This document shows, one piece after another, positions 39,558 through 49,592 of a stretch of 64,000 bases of DNA. A program made the translations under genes and the position numbers. Source of the DNA: Candidatus Omnitrophota bacterium (GTDB lineage Bacteria; Omnitrophota; Gorgyraeia; Zapsychrales; Zapsychraceae); NCBI GenBank assembly GCA_018812705.1, contig JAHJCZ010000028.1, forward strand, positions 11,092-75,091, written 5' to 3'. The notes under the pieces are model-generated. The model made no database searches, had not been told where the DNA came from, and saw only the letters and a list, made by a program, of their open reading frames with translations. Every line of letters starts with the position of its first letter. Position 1 is the first letter of the stretch.

Positions 39558-40997
39558 CTATTTTTGTTGCGGCTTCATCAATGGAAAAAGAATAACGTCC
39601 CTAATAGATGCTGCATCTGTTAGAAGCATGACTAATCTATCGATCCCAATTCCAAGGCCACCCGCTGGCGGCATTCCATACTCTAGGGCATTTAGAAAAT
39701 CTTCATCTATACATCTATTGCCGGTCTCCACATCATCTTCAAGATCTTCTAACAACCTCTTTCTTTGCTCGATCGGATCATTAAGCTCTGAATATGCATT
39801 GCCGATCTCCATTCCTGCAACAAACGCTTCGAATCTTTGAGATATTGCTGGATTATCAGGCATGGTCTTTGCTAAAGGGCATAAGAAAGTAAAATAATCA
39901 GTAAAGAAAACTGGGTTTATTATCTCATCTTCTTCAAGCACATCTTCAACGATCTTCATAACTGCAGAACGTGTTAACTTGTCTACCTTTACTTTAGTGT
40001 TTTTTTTAACCTTAACCTTTTCAAGCATTACTTCAGCGCTATCTTCCGGATTTATATCAAATTTTTCTTTTACTACTCCAGCAAAGGACCTTCTTTCCCA
40101 AGGCGCAGTAAAATCAATTTCTTTTCCTTGATACATCACCTTATAAGAGCCCGTGATCTCTTTTGCCAAACCACTTATAAGATCTTCCGTTAATTTCATC
40201 ATATCCTCATAATCACCATATGCCTGATATACCTCAAGCATGGTAAATTCAGGATTATGTCTAGTTGAAACCCCTTCATTCCTGAAATTCCTATTGATCT
40301 CATAAACTCTTTCCATTCCGCCGACTAATAATCTTTTCAAATATAACTCTGGAGCGATCCTTAAAAATACATCCATGTCATATGTATTATGAAGACTTTT
40401 GAAAGGTCTACCACGTGCACCTCCGGCCAAAGGCTGAAGCATCGGAGTTTCGACCTCGAGGAATCCCTGATCATCCAGAAATTTCCTGATCAGCGAAACA
40501 ATTTTACTTCTTTTAATAAATAGGTCCTTAACATCCGGGTTAGCAATTAAGTCTACATATCTTTGACGATATCTGATTTCAACATCTTTCAAACCATGCC
40601 ACTTTTCAGGCAAAGTCATTAAGGATTTGGAAAGCACATCTATCTTCATGGCGCGAAGACTTTGTTGGCCCATTTTCGTAACGAACAATGTCCCCTTTAC
40701 ACCAATAATATCTCCGATATCTAAAGCCTTAACTATTTCTGCCTCAATAACACCGATCTTAATAAAAAGCTGCATACTGCCAGTTTGATCTAAGATATCT
40801 GCAAAGAGAACTTTGCCATGACTTCTAACTGCCATTAACCGACCAGCAAGAATAACTTCTTTTTCTTCTTCGAAGTTATCAATAACACTTTTAATATCAT
40901 TAATCGGTCCAAATTTTCCACCGTATGGATCAATACCGATCTCTTTAAGGCTTTTAAGTTTTTCTATTCTTATTCTTTTTATTTCATCAACTTCCAT
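39558..40997 (-). CDS. lysS: Lysyl-tRNA synthetase, class II. I chose the ATG at about 40997 (MEVDEIKRIRIEKL); the track ORF extends to 41045.
   Basis: OB-fold anticodon-binding domain plus class II motifs, including motif 3 GGLGIGIDRLVMLLT. Confidence 0.9.
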   Translation of the reverse strand: MEVDEIKRIRIEKLKSLKEIGIDPYGGKFGPINDIKSVIDNFEEEKEVILAGRLMAVRSHGKVLFADILDQTGSMQLFIKIGVIEAEIVKALDIGDIIGVKGTLFVTKMGQQSLRAMKIDVLSKSLMTLPEKWHGLKDVEIRYRQRYVDLIANPDVKDLFIKRSKIVSLIRKFLDDQGFLEVETPMLQPLAGGARGRPFKSLHNTYDMDVFLRIAPELYLKRLLVGGMERVYEINRNFRNEGVSTRHNPEFTMLEVYQAYGDYEDMMKLTEDLISGLAKEITGSYKVMYQGKEIDFTAPWERRSFAGVVKEKFDINPEDSAEVMLEKVKVKKNTKVKVDKLTRSAVMKIVEDVLEEDEIINPVFFTDYFTFLCPLAKTMPDNPAISQRFEAFVAGMEIGNAYSELNDPIEQRKRLLEDLEDDVETGNRCIDEDFLNALEYGMPPAGGLGIGIDRLVMLLTDAASIRDVILFPLMKPQQK

Positions 40998-41192
40998 AAG
41001 ACATCCTAGTTTAATAATATTAATATTAATTAATGCAGTATACAATTATATAGAAAAAGCATTTTGGTGTCAATCAAAAGGAAAAGGTCTCTTTCGGCGA
41101 GGAAATTAAAGAAACATATTAGAAATCAATGATTCTTAATAATATGAAAAAATATTTTAAAATGCTCAAAAATAAACAAAAAAGCAAGAGAA

Positions 41193-42002
41193 TTAAACTG
41201 AAACTATACAAATACCTGCTGAATTGGCCATCTTCAAACAAATATCTTTATCTATTATCAATGTTTTCCCTGATTCAATCGCAAGGCAACTTGCCGAACA
41301 TTTTTTCATAATAGCTATTGTCCTCGGACCGATCACAGGCACATCAAAGCGCAGATCTTGGTTTGGCTTGCTCATTTTTACAATCACTGCTCCAGTTTTA
41401 GCAATTTTTCCCCCGCGATAAATAGTTTTATCAGTGCCTTCCATTGCTTCTATAGCAACAATCGCTTTTCTTTTAATAACAACTGTTTGACCAACATCAA
41501 CCGCCCCCATTCGCTTGGCGATCTCTTTGCCAAATTCTATATCCTCTAACTCTTCATGATCTGGCTTCCTGTCAGTTAAAACTCCTTTTGATGCTAAGCA
41601 ATCCTTGAGCAAGAACGTTGAATCAACCAGCTCTATACCATTCTCTTTTAGCTTATCTGCGATCGCCGAAAATATAGTATCTGCCTTTCTGTCCTTTAAA
41701 GAGTCGAATATCGCTTGAAAATCCTCGTCGAAAACAACATCATTCTTAAAAAGATTCCTCTGACTAACTTGACCCGCCATAATAGCATGGGTCACTCCCT
41801 TGTCCTTAAAAAATGAGAAAAGCTTTTTCAGCTCACCTGCCTTAAAAAGAGAGTACTCGCTTACGAAATACTTTAATAAAAAAGAAGTATCTCCTTTTAT
41901 TCCAGCAGCAATCACTTTATAGTTTTGGGATTTTGCTTTCTGAGCAAATAAGATGGGAAATTTTCCATTACCGGCGATGAGACCTAATATCTTTGTTTGC
42001 AT
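41193..42002 (-). CDS. lpxI: UDP-2,3-diacylglucosamine pyrophosphatase LpxI (DUF1009 family)
   Basis: N-terminal LGLIAGNGKFP... resembles LpxI. It lies immediately downstream of lpxA in the lipid A cluster. Confidence 0.65.
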   Translation of the reverse strand: MQTKILGLIAGNGKFPILFAQKAKSQNYKVIAAGIKGDTSFLLKYFVSEYSLFKAGELKKLFSFFKDKGVTHAIMAGQVSQRNLFKNDVVFDEDFQAIFDSLKDRKADTIFSAIADKLKENGIELVDSTFLLKDCLASKGVLTDRKPDHEELEDIEFGKEIAKRMGAVDVGQTVVIKRKAIVAIEAMEGTDKTIYRGGKIAKTGAVIVKMSKPNQDLRFDVPVIGPRTIAIMKKCSASCLAIESGKTLIIDKDICLKMANSAGICIVSV

Positions 42003-42047
42003 ATGTATAATCTTTAAAAGAAAAACACTAACTTTCTAATTAACTCG

Positions 42048-42833
42048 CTAACTGCACAAACCTCTCTCAGAAGTTTTTATAAAAAATATCAAATGTTCCA
42101 GTTCTGGACAATTAGGCACTTCTTCTATCGCCTTTTTTACAGCATTAGTTTTTGATAGTCCCTGCCTAAAAAGAACTTTAAATGCTTTCTTTAGATTTCC
42201 AGCAACCTCGCTAGAAATACCTGCTCGCTTTAACCCAACTGTATTAATTTTAATTACTTTTGCTGGATGCCCATCGCACATTGAAAATGGTGGCACATCC
42301 TGCACGACCTTGGAACACCCTCCAATAATAGCTAAACGTCCCACTCTCGTAAACTGATGAACAGCTGAAAATCCACCGATCATTGCATTATCTTCTAGGA
42401 CAACATGTCCTCCTAAAGTTGCAGCATTTGCCATAATACAATTATTGCCAATAACACAATCATGAGCGACATGTGAATAAGCCATAAGTAGATTATTGTC
42501 ACATATAACAGTTTTACCGCCACCCTCTGCTGTTCCAGTGTTGATCGTTACATATTCTCTTATAACATTATTCTCGCCTATGTTTAAAAAAACATTATCG
42601 TCAGAAGAATGTTTTTTGTCCTGAGGTGCACTTCCTACCACCGCTCCAGTATAGATCTTACAATTACGTCCGATCTTCGTTTGTCCTGTAATAACGCAAT
42701 GGCTTCCAATACGAACATTGTCTCCTAACGTGACATCACTATCTATGATCGAGTAAGGCCCTATCGTAACTCCCGGAGAGACTTTTGCCCCTGAATGAAT
42801 TATCGCTGTTTTATGAATATTTATATTTTCCAT
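42048..42833 (-). CDS. lpxA: Acyl-ACP:UDP-N-acetylglucosamine O-acyltransferase
   Basis: Left-handed beta-helix hexapeptide repeats with an LpxA-like N-terminus (HKTAIIHSGAKV...GPYSII). Confidence 0.85.
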   Translation of the reverse strand: MENINIHKTAIIHSGAKVSPGVTIGPYSIIDSDVTLGDNVRIGSHCVITGQTKIGRNCKIYTGAVVGSAPQDKKHSSDDNVFLNIGENNVIREYVTINTGTAEGGGKTVICDNNLLMAYSHVAHDCVIGNNCIMANAATLGGHVVLEDNAMIGGFSAVHQFTRVGRLAIIGGCSKVVQDVPPFSMCDGHPAKVIKINTVGLKRAGISSEVAGNLKKAFKVLFRQGLSKTNAVKKAIEEVPNCPELEHLIFFIKTSERGLCS

Positions 42834-42895
42834 ATGAGTTTCCTATTAATTATATTTTAGATGAAATTGCTGATTTTTAAAACAGATAATCTTAT

Positions 42896-44230
42896 TTATT
42901 GATTCAAAAATGATGAAGGCGCAAAAGAGAACATCATATCCGCTTCAGCAACAACTTCACCATTCACTTTAACAAAACCTCTAACTTGAGCAACTCTCGT
43001 CCTATCTTTTATGACCTCAACATCAATTATCAATTGGTCACCAGGACTGACGACCTTTCTGAATTTTACTTTATCAATTGCCATAAAAAAAGCTAGCCTG
43101 CCATGTCGGTCTTCATCAGTCAACATCATAACACCCGCAGTTTGAGCCATTGCTTCCACCATCAACACTCCCGGCATAACAGGATTCGTCGGAAAATGAC
43201 CCTGAAAATAATTCTCATTTATTGTAACATTCTTCAGCCCAATTGCTTTTTTTCCTTTTTCAACTTCAACAACTCTATCAATAAGCAAGAACGGATACCT
43301 GTGAGGGAGTATTTGCATAATACCGTTTATATCGATCTCCCTTCTTCCTTCTTCATTAAAAACTGGAACGACCGTTTTCTTTTTACTTTTTTCTTTTTGT
43401 CTATATATTTTTTTTAGAAGTTCTAAATTTAATTTATGACCACTTCTAACAGCAAAAACATGGCCTTTGATCGGCATACCGAACAAATAAAGATCCCCGA
43501 TAAAATCTAAAATCTTATGACGTGCGAACTCATCCTTAAAAAGCACTTCATTTTCAAGGACACCATCCTTGCCAACAACAAGCGTATTCCTATAACTTGC
43601 ACCCTTTCCAAGCCCTCTTGCTTTTAGCTCAGCCGCTTCCGACTCAACACAAAAGGTCCTGCAAGGCGCGATCTCATTTTCAAAAGATTCAGAAGTGACG
43701 TTAATGCTAAAAAACTGTGATCTAAGATATGGATGATCATAATCCAAAGTATAAGAGATCTTGAAATCTTGAGATGGAACGATATAAATTGATGCATCTT
43801 TACTTTGAACACCTATCGGCTCCTTAATTTCATAAAATTCTTGATCTGCGTCTTGTTCAACAACGCCAGCCTTTTTAAACGCAGATAAAATCTCTTTCGC
43901 ACTGCCACACATCCCAGGGATCTCTTCAGCATTAACTTCAACAATAAGATTACTTATATTCAATCCACATAGAACACTCATCAAATGCTCTACAGTCCTA
44001 ACTTGCACATCTTTTGTCCCCAAGGAAGTACAACGAGATCCCTGAGGGTCTGAAAAAACATTTTCTGGAGATACTTTCATGACAGGTTTATCAGGCAAAT
44101 CCGTCCTAATAAAAACAATACCAGCATTTTCATCAGCTGGTTTAAATATTACATCAACGGAAACCCCAGTATGAAGACCTACGCCCGATATTGAAAACTC
44201 CTGTTTAATTGTTCTTTGCTTTACTGCCAT
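42896..44230 (-). CDS. lpxC/fabZ: Bifunctional UDP-3-O-acyl-GlcNAc deacetylase / 3-hydroxyacyl-ACP dehydratase (LpxC-FabZ fusion)
   Basis: The N-terminal roughly 280 aa are LpxC-like (IKQEFSISGVGLHTG...HKLNLELL). The C-terminal roughly 150 aa are a FabZ hot-dog domain (LPHRYPFLLIDRV...GHFP..PVMPGVL). Confidence 0.85.
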   Translation of the reverse strand: MAVKQRTIKQEFSISGVGLHTGVSVDVIFKPADENAGIVFIRTDLPDKPVMKVSPENVFSDPQGSRCTSLGTKDVQVRTVEHLMSVLCGLNISNLIVEVNAEEIPGMCGSAKEILSAFKKAGVVEQDADQEFYEIKEPIGVQSKDASIYIVPSQDFKISYTLDYDHPYLRSQFFSINVTSESFENEIAPCRTFCVESEAAELKARGLGKGASYRNTLVVGKDGVLENEVLFKDEFARHKILDFIGDLYLFGMPIKGHVFAVRSGHKLNLELLKKIYRQKEKSKKKTVVPVFNEEGRREIDINGIMQILPHRYPFLLIDRVVEVEKGKKAIGLKNVTINENYFQGHFPTNPVMPGVLMVEAMAQTAGVMMLTDEDRHGRLAFFMAIDKVKFRKVVSPGDQLIIDVEVIKDRTRVAQVRGFVKVNGEVVAEADMMFSFAPSSFLNQ

Positions 44231-45260
44231 TATCTATCTGTTCCTTAAGCTCCTTAACTTGTTTTTTTAATTCATTTATCTCTTTGACATATGAAGGGAG
44301 TCTTTGAGCACATGCATTAATTTTCATTTGATCTGCATATGCCCTGGCAGGAGATCCCAGTGCTTTTGTAAAAGGCGGTATGGATTTCATAACAGCGCTT
44401 TGCGCAGTTACAATTGCTCCTTCACCGATTGTCAAATGCCCGACGACTCCCACCTGACCTGCCAATATTGCATTCTTCCCGATATTAACACTTCCTGAAA
44501 TGCCAACTTGCGATATTATAATACAATCCTCACCTATTGAAACATTATGGGCCACCTGTACTAAATTATCAATTTTGGTACCTCGCCCGATAAAAGTTTT
44601 ATCGAACCTTGCCCTATCAATAGTAACATTTGCCCCGATCTCTACATCATCCTCAATAACAACAATGCCTATCTGAGGTATCTTTTTATGTTTTCCATCA
44701 ACCTGCTCATACCCAAAACCATCAGACCCAATAACCGTTCCACTGTGAATAATTACGTTATCACCTATTTTTGAACGGTCCATAATAACTACATTGGGAT
44801 AAAAAATACAATTCTTACCTATTACTGTTTTGTGCCCAATAAAAACCCCGCCATAAATAGCACAGCCTTCTCCAACTGAAACGCCATCTTCTATAATAAC
44901 ATTTGGACCGATCGAGACATTATTGCCAATTGAAGCATCCTCAGAAATTACTGCTGACGCATGTATGCCCTTAAATTTTGACTTGCCTGACGAAGCGAAT
45001 AAAGAGATCACTTCTGTGAAAGCAATAGAGGGACTATCGGTGAGAATTACTGTTTTCCCAGGAATCGACATATCCCTGGATATGATTATTGCTGAAGCTT
45101 TAGTTTCTTTAGCAATTGGAGCATATTTAGAATTTGAAACAAAGGTCAACTCTCCTGCTTTAGCTTCCTGGAGACCATTAACCCCTGTTATCACTAATGT
45201 CTTATCACCAACAACCTCGCCCCCGATCAATTCTGCTATCTCGGCTAAGGTCTTTTGCAT
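44205..45260 (-). CDS. lpxD: UDP-3-O-(3-hydroxyacyl)glucosamine N-acyltransferase
   Basis: LpxD N-terminal domain plus extended hexapeptide repeats. It lies upstream of lpxC/fabZ. Confidence 0.85.
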   Translation of the reverse strand: MQKTLAEIAELIGGEVVGDKTLVITGVNGLQEAKAGELTFVSNSKYAPIAKETKASAIIISRDMSIPGKTVILTDSPSIAFTEVISLFASSGKSKFKGIHASAVISEDASIGNNVSIGPNVIIEDGVSVGEGCAIYGGVFIGHKTVIGKNCIFYPNVVIMDRSKIGDNVIIHSGTVIGSDGFGYEQVDGKHKKIPQIGIVVIEDDVEIGANVTIDRARFDKTFIGRGTKIDNLVQVAHNVSIGEDCIIISQVGISGSVNIGKNAILAGQVGVVGHLTIGEGAIVTAQSAVMKSIPPFTKALGSPARAYADQMKINACAQRLPSYVKEINELKKQVKELKEQIDNGSKAKNN

Positions 45261-45281
45261 ATTATTTCCTATATTTTAATA

Positions 45282-45337
45282 AGGGACAGTGCCCTATTTT
45301 CTCTATATTTTCTTTGAATAAAAATAGGGCTCTGTCC
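45282..45337. repeat. Imperfect long palindrome: 18-nt arms GGGACAGTGCCCTATTTT / AAAATAGGGCTCTGTCCC (one mismatch) with a 20-nt AT-rich loop
   Basis: Read directly in the skp-lpxD intergenic region. It is related to the 18067-18124 palindrome through the shared TGTCCCCTATT motif. Confidence 0.45.
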
Positions 45338-45357
45338 CCTATTCTTACGAAAACAAA

Positions 45358-45876
45358 TTACTTCGCTTCATTCTCGTTTAAAATCTTTAATATTTTTTCT
45401 GTCAACTCTAGGTCAGGATTTCCATAAATCAAAACCCTATCATTCAAGATCACTGAATAATTTTCTTTCTCAGCAAAATTACTGATAATATGTTCGATCT
45501 CAAGAAGCAATTCCTGGATCTTTTCATTCCGCTCTTTCGTTAGATCTGTTTTCTTCTGACGATCAAACTCTAAAAGATTTGTTCTCATTGTTTCAATTTC
45601 TGTTTCTAGCCCTGCCTTTTTATCATCGGCAAGAAGAACTAATTTGCTTTCTTTTTCTTTGATCTCTTCGACTTTATTTTTAACTTCTTCCTGAAAAGAA
45701 GTATGTTTTCCATTTAAAACCTCATCATACTCTTTTGTCTTGTAGTAACTGTCAAATAAACGACTGATATCTACATATCCCATTTTTCCGTCTTTATTCT
45801 GCGCATAAGAATTCGCTGTCAGAAGAAACATTGCGACAGAAAAAAGAACTAATAGTCTTAAAGCTTTCATTAACAA
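45358..45876 (-). CDS. skp: Periplasmic chaperone Skp (OmpH family)
   Basis: Signal peptide, a coiled-coil-rich 172-aa protein. It sits between bamA and lpxD, the classic bamA-skp-lpxD arrangement. Confidence 0.7.
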   Translation of the reverse strand: MLMKALRLLVLFSVAMFLLTANSYAQNKDGKMGYVDISRLFDSYYKTKEYDEVLNGKHTSFQEEVKNKVEEIKEKESKLVLLADDKKAGLETEIETMRTNLLEFDRQKKTDLTKERNEKIQELLLEIEHIISNFAEKENYSVILNDRVLIYGNPDLELTEKILKILNENEAK

Positions 45877-45885
45877 CCTCCTTTT

Positions 45886-48189
45886 TTAAAATCCTCGACT
45901 TACACTGAAATAAAATTTACCAGACTTGCCATCTTCACCAGGTTCATTATTTAACGGATACCCATAATCAAGATTAATAGGGCCAACTGGTGTTTTAACT
46001 CTTAAACCTAAACCCATGCCAGATTTAAAACCATCTGATCCAAAATCCTCAACTGTTGGCCAAACATTTCCAGAATCAAAAAATGCTGCCAGCTTAATAA
46101 AATCTATCAGAGGAATAGTATATTCTATGTTCGCAACAAACATGCTCTCCCCACCAATAGGATCATTAGTACTAGAATCAAGAGGTCCAACTTTTCTTTC
46201 ATCATACCCTCTAATGGTGCTAGCACCACCAGCAAAGAACCTCTCAAAGATAGGAACTTTACTAGAATTATCAAAAGCATTTACATACCCACCTTGAACT
46301 CTGAACTCCAAAACAGATTTGAATTTCAAAGGTATGTAATAGCTTGACCTAGCTTGTAACCTAAAGAAATCTTTATCTCCTCCCAGAAAACTACCAGCGA
46401 CATCAAATCCACCGCTTAAAGACAAACCCTTTGTTGGAGAAAAAACACTATCTCTAGTATCTCTTGATAAGGTAAAACCGATCATGCTTGTGGTATTCGT
46501 GCCTTCTTCATCAAGCAGATCAGCAGAAACTCCAGTTTCAAAATTCTCAATGGTTATTTCTTCACGCTTATATGAAACACCGCCTGAAACAATATCATTG
46601 AACTGTTTGCCAAATCGAATGGCGCCACCTATTCTTTCTTCATCATAAGCATAACCAGTATTCTCTTCACGCTCCCTAACTCTTCTATAAATATCAAAAC
46701 CACCTGAAACAGGATAATCAAATATCCATGGCTCCGTAAAGCTCAAAAGAAGATTGTTCTTTGTAGAACCTGTCTCTGCGCGCACCTTCAACTGTTGGCC
46801 ACCACCTGTAAACGTTGGCCAATTTGCAAAATCAAAGTTCCTTTGTTCAATTTCAACAAAACCAACAACCTGATCAACCGTGCTAAAACCACCTCCAAAA
46901 CTAAAAGTCCCTGTTTTTGCTTCTTTGATCTGAACAACTAAATTCTTCCTATCTAATGCATCTGTATCCTCAATATCAAAATCTACTTCTTCAAAATATC
47001 CCAGATTGCTTAGACGCTCCTTACTCCTTCTTAATTTTGTGCCATCGAACCTATCTCCAGGGAACATCCTTAATTCTCTTCTAATAACAATGTCTCTTGT
47101 CCTAGTGTTTCCCTGAACTTTGATCTTTTCAATATAAGCTAACCCACCCTCGACAATATTGATCTTAACTTCAACTTTTCCTGTATTTGTATCAAGCGAC
47201 GTTGATTCTTCGACATTAGCAAAGATATAGCCTCTATCAAAATATAACGTACGAATTCCAGCCAGATCAACACTTAACTTTTCTCTACTAAAAACATTGC
47301 CTTCCTCGATATATTCCATTACTGAAAATATTTCCTTGTCTGAAAGGATTCTGTTACCTAAAACAACAACGTTTCCAACTGAGTACCTTTTGCCTTCATT
47401 TATTTTGATATTAATCTCAACGCGACCTTTATATAAAGCCTCTGTTGTATACTCAGCTTTCGCATCAATAAAACCATTTTGTTCATAGAAAGAAGTGATC
47501 CTCCCCATGTCTTCTTTCAGCATCTCCTCTTTTAAATAACCACCAGTAAAAATAGTTTTTTTACGGGTCTTTATGACCCTGAGTATCTTTTTCTTTTTAT
47601 ATGCTTCACATCCAAGAACATTGATATTTTTAATCCTTACCCGATAACCTTCTCTAACAATGAAATGTATACTAACTTTATTAGTCACCTCATCAACAAA
47701 AACCTCTTCTTCAACCTCTGCCTGGATAAAACCTTTTTTGGAATAAAGCTCTTTTATAGTATCAATATCATCCTTTAAATCTTTTTTATCTAAAAACTTG
47801 CCAGCAGTAGTCTTTATTTTTCTTTTTAAAGATTTACCTTTTAAATATTTCGTTTTAGAAAAGGTAACTTCTTCAACAATTGGCTTTTCCTCTAGATAAA
47901 TGATAACTTTCAAACCATCTTCATGATCCACCCTATCAACCTTCACATCAGAAAAATAACCTGTATTATACAATCTTTTTAAATCATCGCTAACAACTGA
48001 CTGAAGATATTCTTGTCCAACACGTGTTTTTATCTTAGAAAGAATAGTCGCTATCCCAATCGTATTATTTCCTTTAACCTCAATTGCTTTAACAACTTTT
48101 GTTCCTGCGTTTTGAGCAAGAACTGCTTTGCTATTAATAAAAGTAACAGTAGTTAAAAATAGTAATAAGAATATTAGTGTTTTTTTCAT
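45886..48189 (-). CDS. bamA: Outer membrane protein assembly factor BamA
   Basis: Signal peptide, N-terminal POTRA repeats and a C-terminal Omp85 beta-barrel ending in an aromatic residue (...SRGF). Confidence 0.85.
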   Translation of the reverse strand: MKKTLIFLLLFLTTVTFINSKAVLAQNAGTKVVKAIEVKGNNTIGIATILSKIKTRVGQEYLQSVVSDDLKRLYNTGYFSDVKVDRVDHEDGLKVIIYLEEKPIVEEVTFSKTKYLKGKSLKRKIKTTAGKFLDKKDLKDDIDTIKELYSKKGFIQAEVEEEVFVDEVTNKVSIHFIVREGYRVRIKNINVLGCEAYKKKKILRVIKTRKKTIFTGGYLKEEMLKEDMGRITSFYEQNGFIDAKAEYTTEALYKGRVEINIKINEGKRYSVGNVVVLGNRILSDKEIFSVMEYIEEGNVFSREKLSVDLAGIRTLYFDRGYIFANVEESTSLDTNTGKVEVKINIVEGGLAYIEKIKVQGNTRTRDIVIRRELRMFPGDRFDGTKLRRSKERLSNLGYFEEVDFDIEDTDALDRKNLVVQIKEAKTGTFSFGGGFSTVDQVVGFVEIEQRNFDFANWPTFTGGGQQLKVRAETGSTKNNLLLSFTEPWIFDYPVSGGFDIYRRVREREENTGYAYDEERIGGAIRFGKQFNDIVSGGVSYKREEITIENFETGVSADLLDEEGTNTTSMIGFTLSRDTRDSVFSPTKGLSLSGGFDVAGSFLGGDKDFFRLQARSSYYIPLKFKSVLEFRVQGGYVNAFDNSSKVPIFERFFAGGASTIRGYDERKVGPLDSSTNDPIGGESMFVANIEYTIPLIDFIKLAAFFDSGNVWPTVEDFGSDGFKSGMGLGLRVKTPVGPINLDYGYPLNNEPGEDGKSGKFYFSVSRGF

Positions 48190-48260
48190 TGTTAATTATC
48201 CATGTGGTTAATTATTGGTTTGACTGATTTGTTTGATTATAAAGTCAATACTTGCAGCTG

Positions 48261-49592
48261 TCAATCAACATGTGCAAGATTTTCAAAGCGCATATATTCC
48301 TTGGTGAATTGGAGCTTTAAGGTTCCAACCGGGCCATTTCTTTGTTTTGCAATTATTACATCCGCAATTCCTCTATTCTCTTCTGTCGGGTTGTAATACT
48401 CTTCCCTCATAAGCAAAACAACAACATCTGCATCCTGTTCAATAGCTCCAGACTCTCTTAAATCAGACAATTGAGGCCTATGATCTTGCCTTGCCTCGAC
48501 TGCTCTAGACAACTGGCTCAAGGCAATAAAAGGGACACTTAATTCCCTTGCTAATGCCTTTAAAGAACGTGATATTTCTGAAATTTCTTGTTGTCGACTA
48601 TCTGACTTGGTAGAACCTCTCATCAACTGAAGATAATCAAGAATGATCAGGTCAAGACCATGATTTGCTTTCAATCTCCTAGCTTTTGCTCTCAATTCCA
48701 ATGCCGATATAGCAGGCGTATCATCAATAAATATTTTAGAGCCAGATAGTTTTGCCGCTGCTGAAGTCAGTTTTGGCCAATCTGAAGGAGACAAAAAACC
48801 TGACCTTACTTTGTGAGCATCAACTCTTGCCTGGGAACAAAGCATTCTCTGAACAAGCTGCTCCTTAGACATTTCTAAGCTAAAGATCGCAACGTTCTTA
48901 CCTCCGACAATACTGACATTTTCAGCGATAGATACAGCCAGAGCACTTTTACCCATAGAAGGCCGTCCTGCAACAATAATCAAATCTGACTTCTGCAAAC
49001 CAGAAGTCATCTTGTCAATTTTATCAAAACCACTAGAAACACCTGTAATATGTTCTTTTCTTTGATAAAGCTTATCAAGGTTCTCCATACCTTCCTTGAT
49101 AAGATCTTTAATTTGATAGGACTGCTGATTTTGCTTTAACTCAGCAATTTCAAAAATTAGTTTTTCGGCATTATCAACAATTTCTTCAACTTTACCGGTA
49201 GCACTGAAGCATTCTGTAACGATCTGCGTTGAATTTTTTATTAATTTTCTTAGAATACCTTTTTCTTTAACGATTTGAGCATAATGCTCAACGTTTGCAG
49301 AGGTAGGAACAAAATCAACTATTGTTGAAAGATAAGCAACGCCACCGATATCCTCTAAAAAGCCGTCGCTTTTTAAGTTATCAGATAGTGTAATTAGATC
49401 TACATTCTTTCTAGAATTATATAGATCAATAATCGCTTTGTAAATTTTACGATGCGCATCATCATAAAACCAAGTCTCGTTTAGAACTTCAACTGCTAGA
49501 CCAATAGCGTCTTCATCTATCAGCATCGATCCTAAAACAGACTTTTCCGCAGCAATATTTTGAGGAGGAACCCTTATTTCTTCGTGACCCAT
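48261..49592 (-). CDS. dnaB: Replicative DNA helicase DnaB
   Basis: DnaB N-terminal domain plus a RecA-like helicase domain with Walker A GRPSMGKSALA. Confidence 0.9.
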   Translation of the reverse strand: MGHEEIRVPPQNIAAEKSVLGSMLIDEDAIGLAVEVLNETWFYDDAHRKIYKAIIDLYNSRKNVDLITLSDNLKSDGFLEDIGGVAYLSTIVDFVPTSANVEHYAQIVKEKGILRKLIKNSTQIVTECFSATGKVEEIVDNAEKLIFEIAELKQNQQSYQIKDLIKEGMENLDKLYQRKEHITGVSSGFDKIDKMTSGLQKSDLIIVAGRPSMGKSALAVSIAENVSIVGGKNVAIFSLEMSKEQLVQRMLCSQARVDAHKVRSGFLSPSDWPKLTSAAAKLSGSKIFIDDTPAISALELRAKARRLKANHGLDLIILDYLQLMRGSTKSDSRQQEISEISRSLKALARELSVPFIALSQLSRAVEARQDHRPQLSDLRESGAIEQDADVVVLLMREEYYNPTEENRGIADVIIAKQRNGPVGTLKLQFTKEYMRFENLAHVD

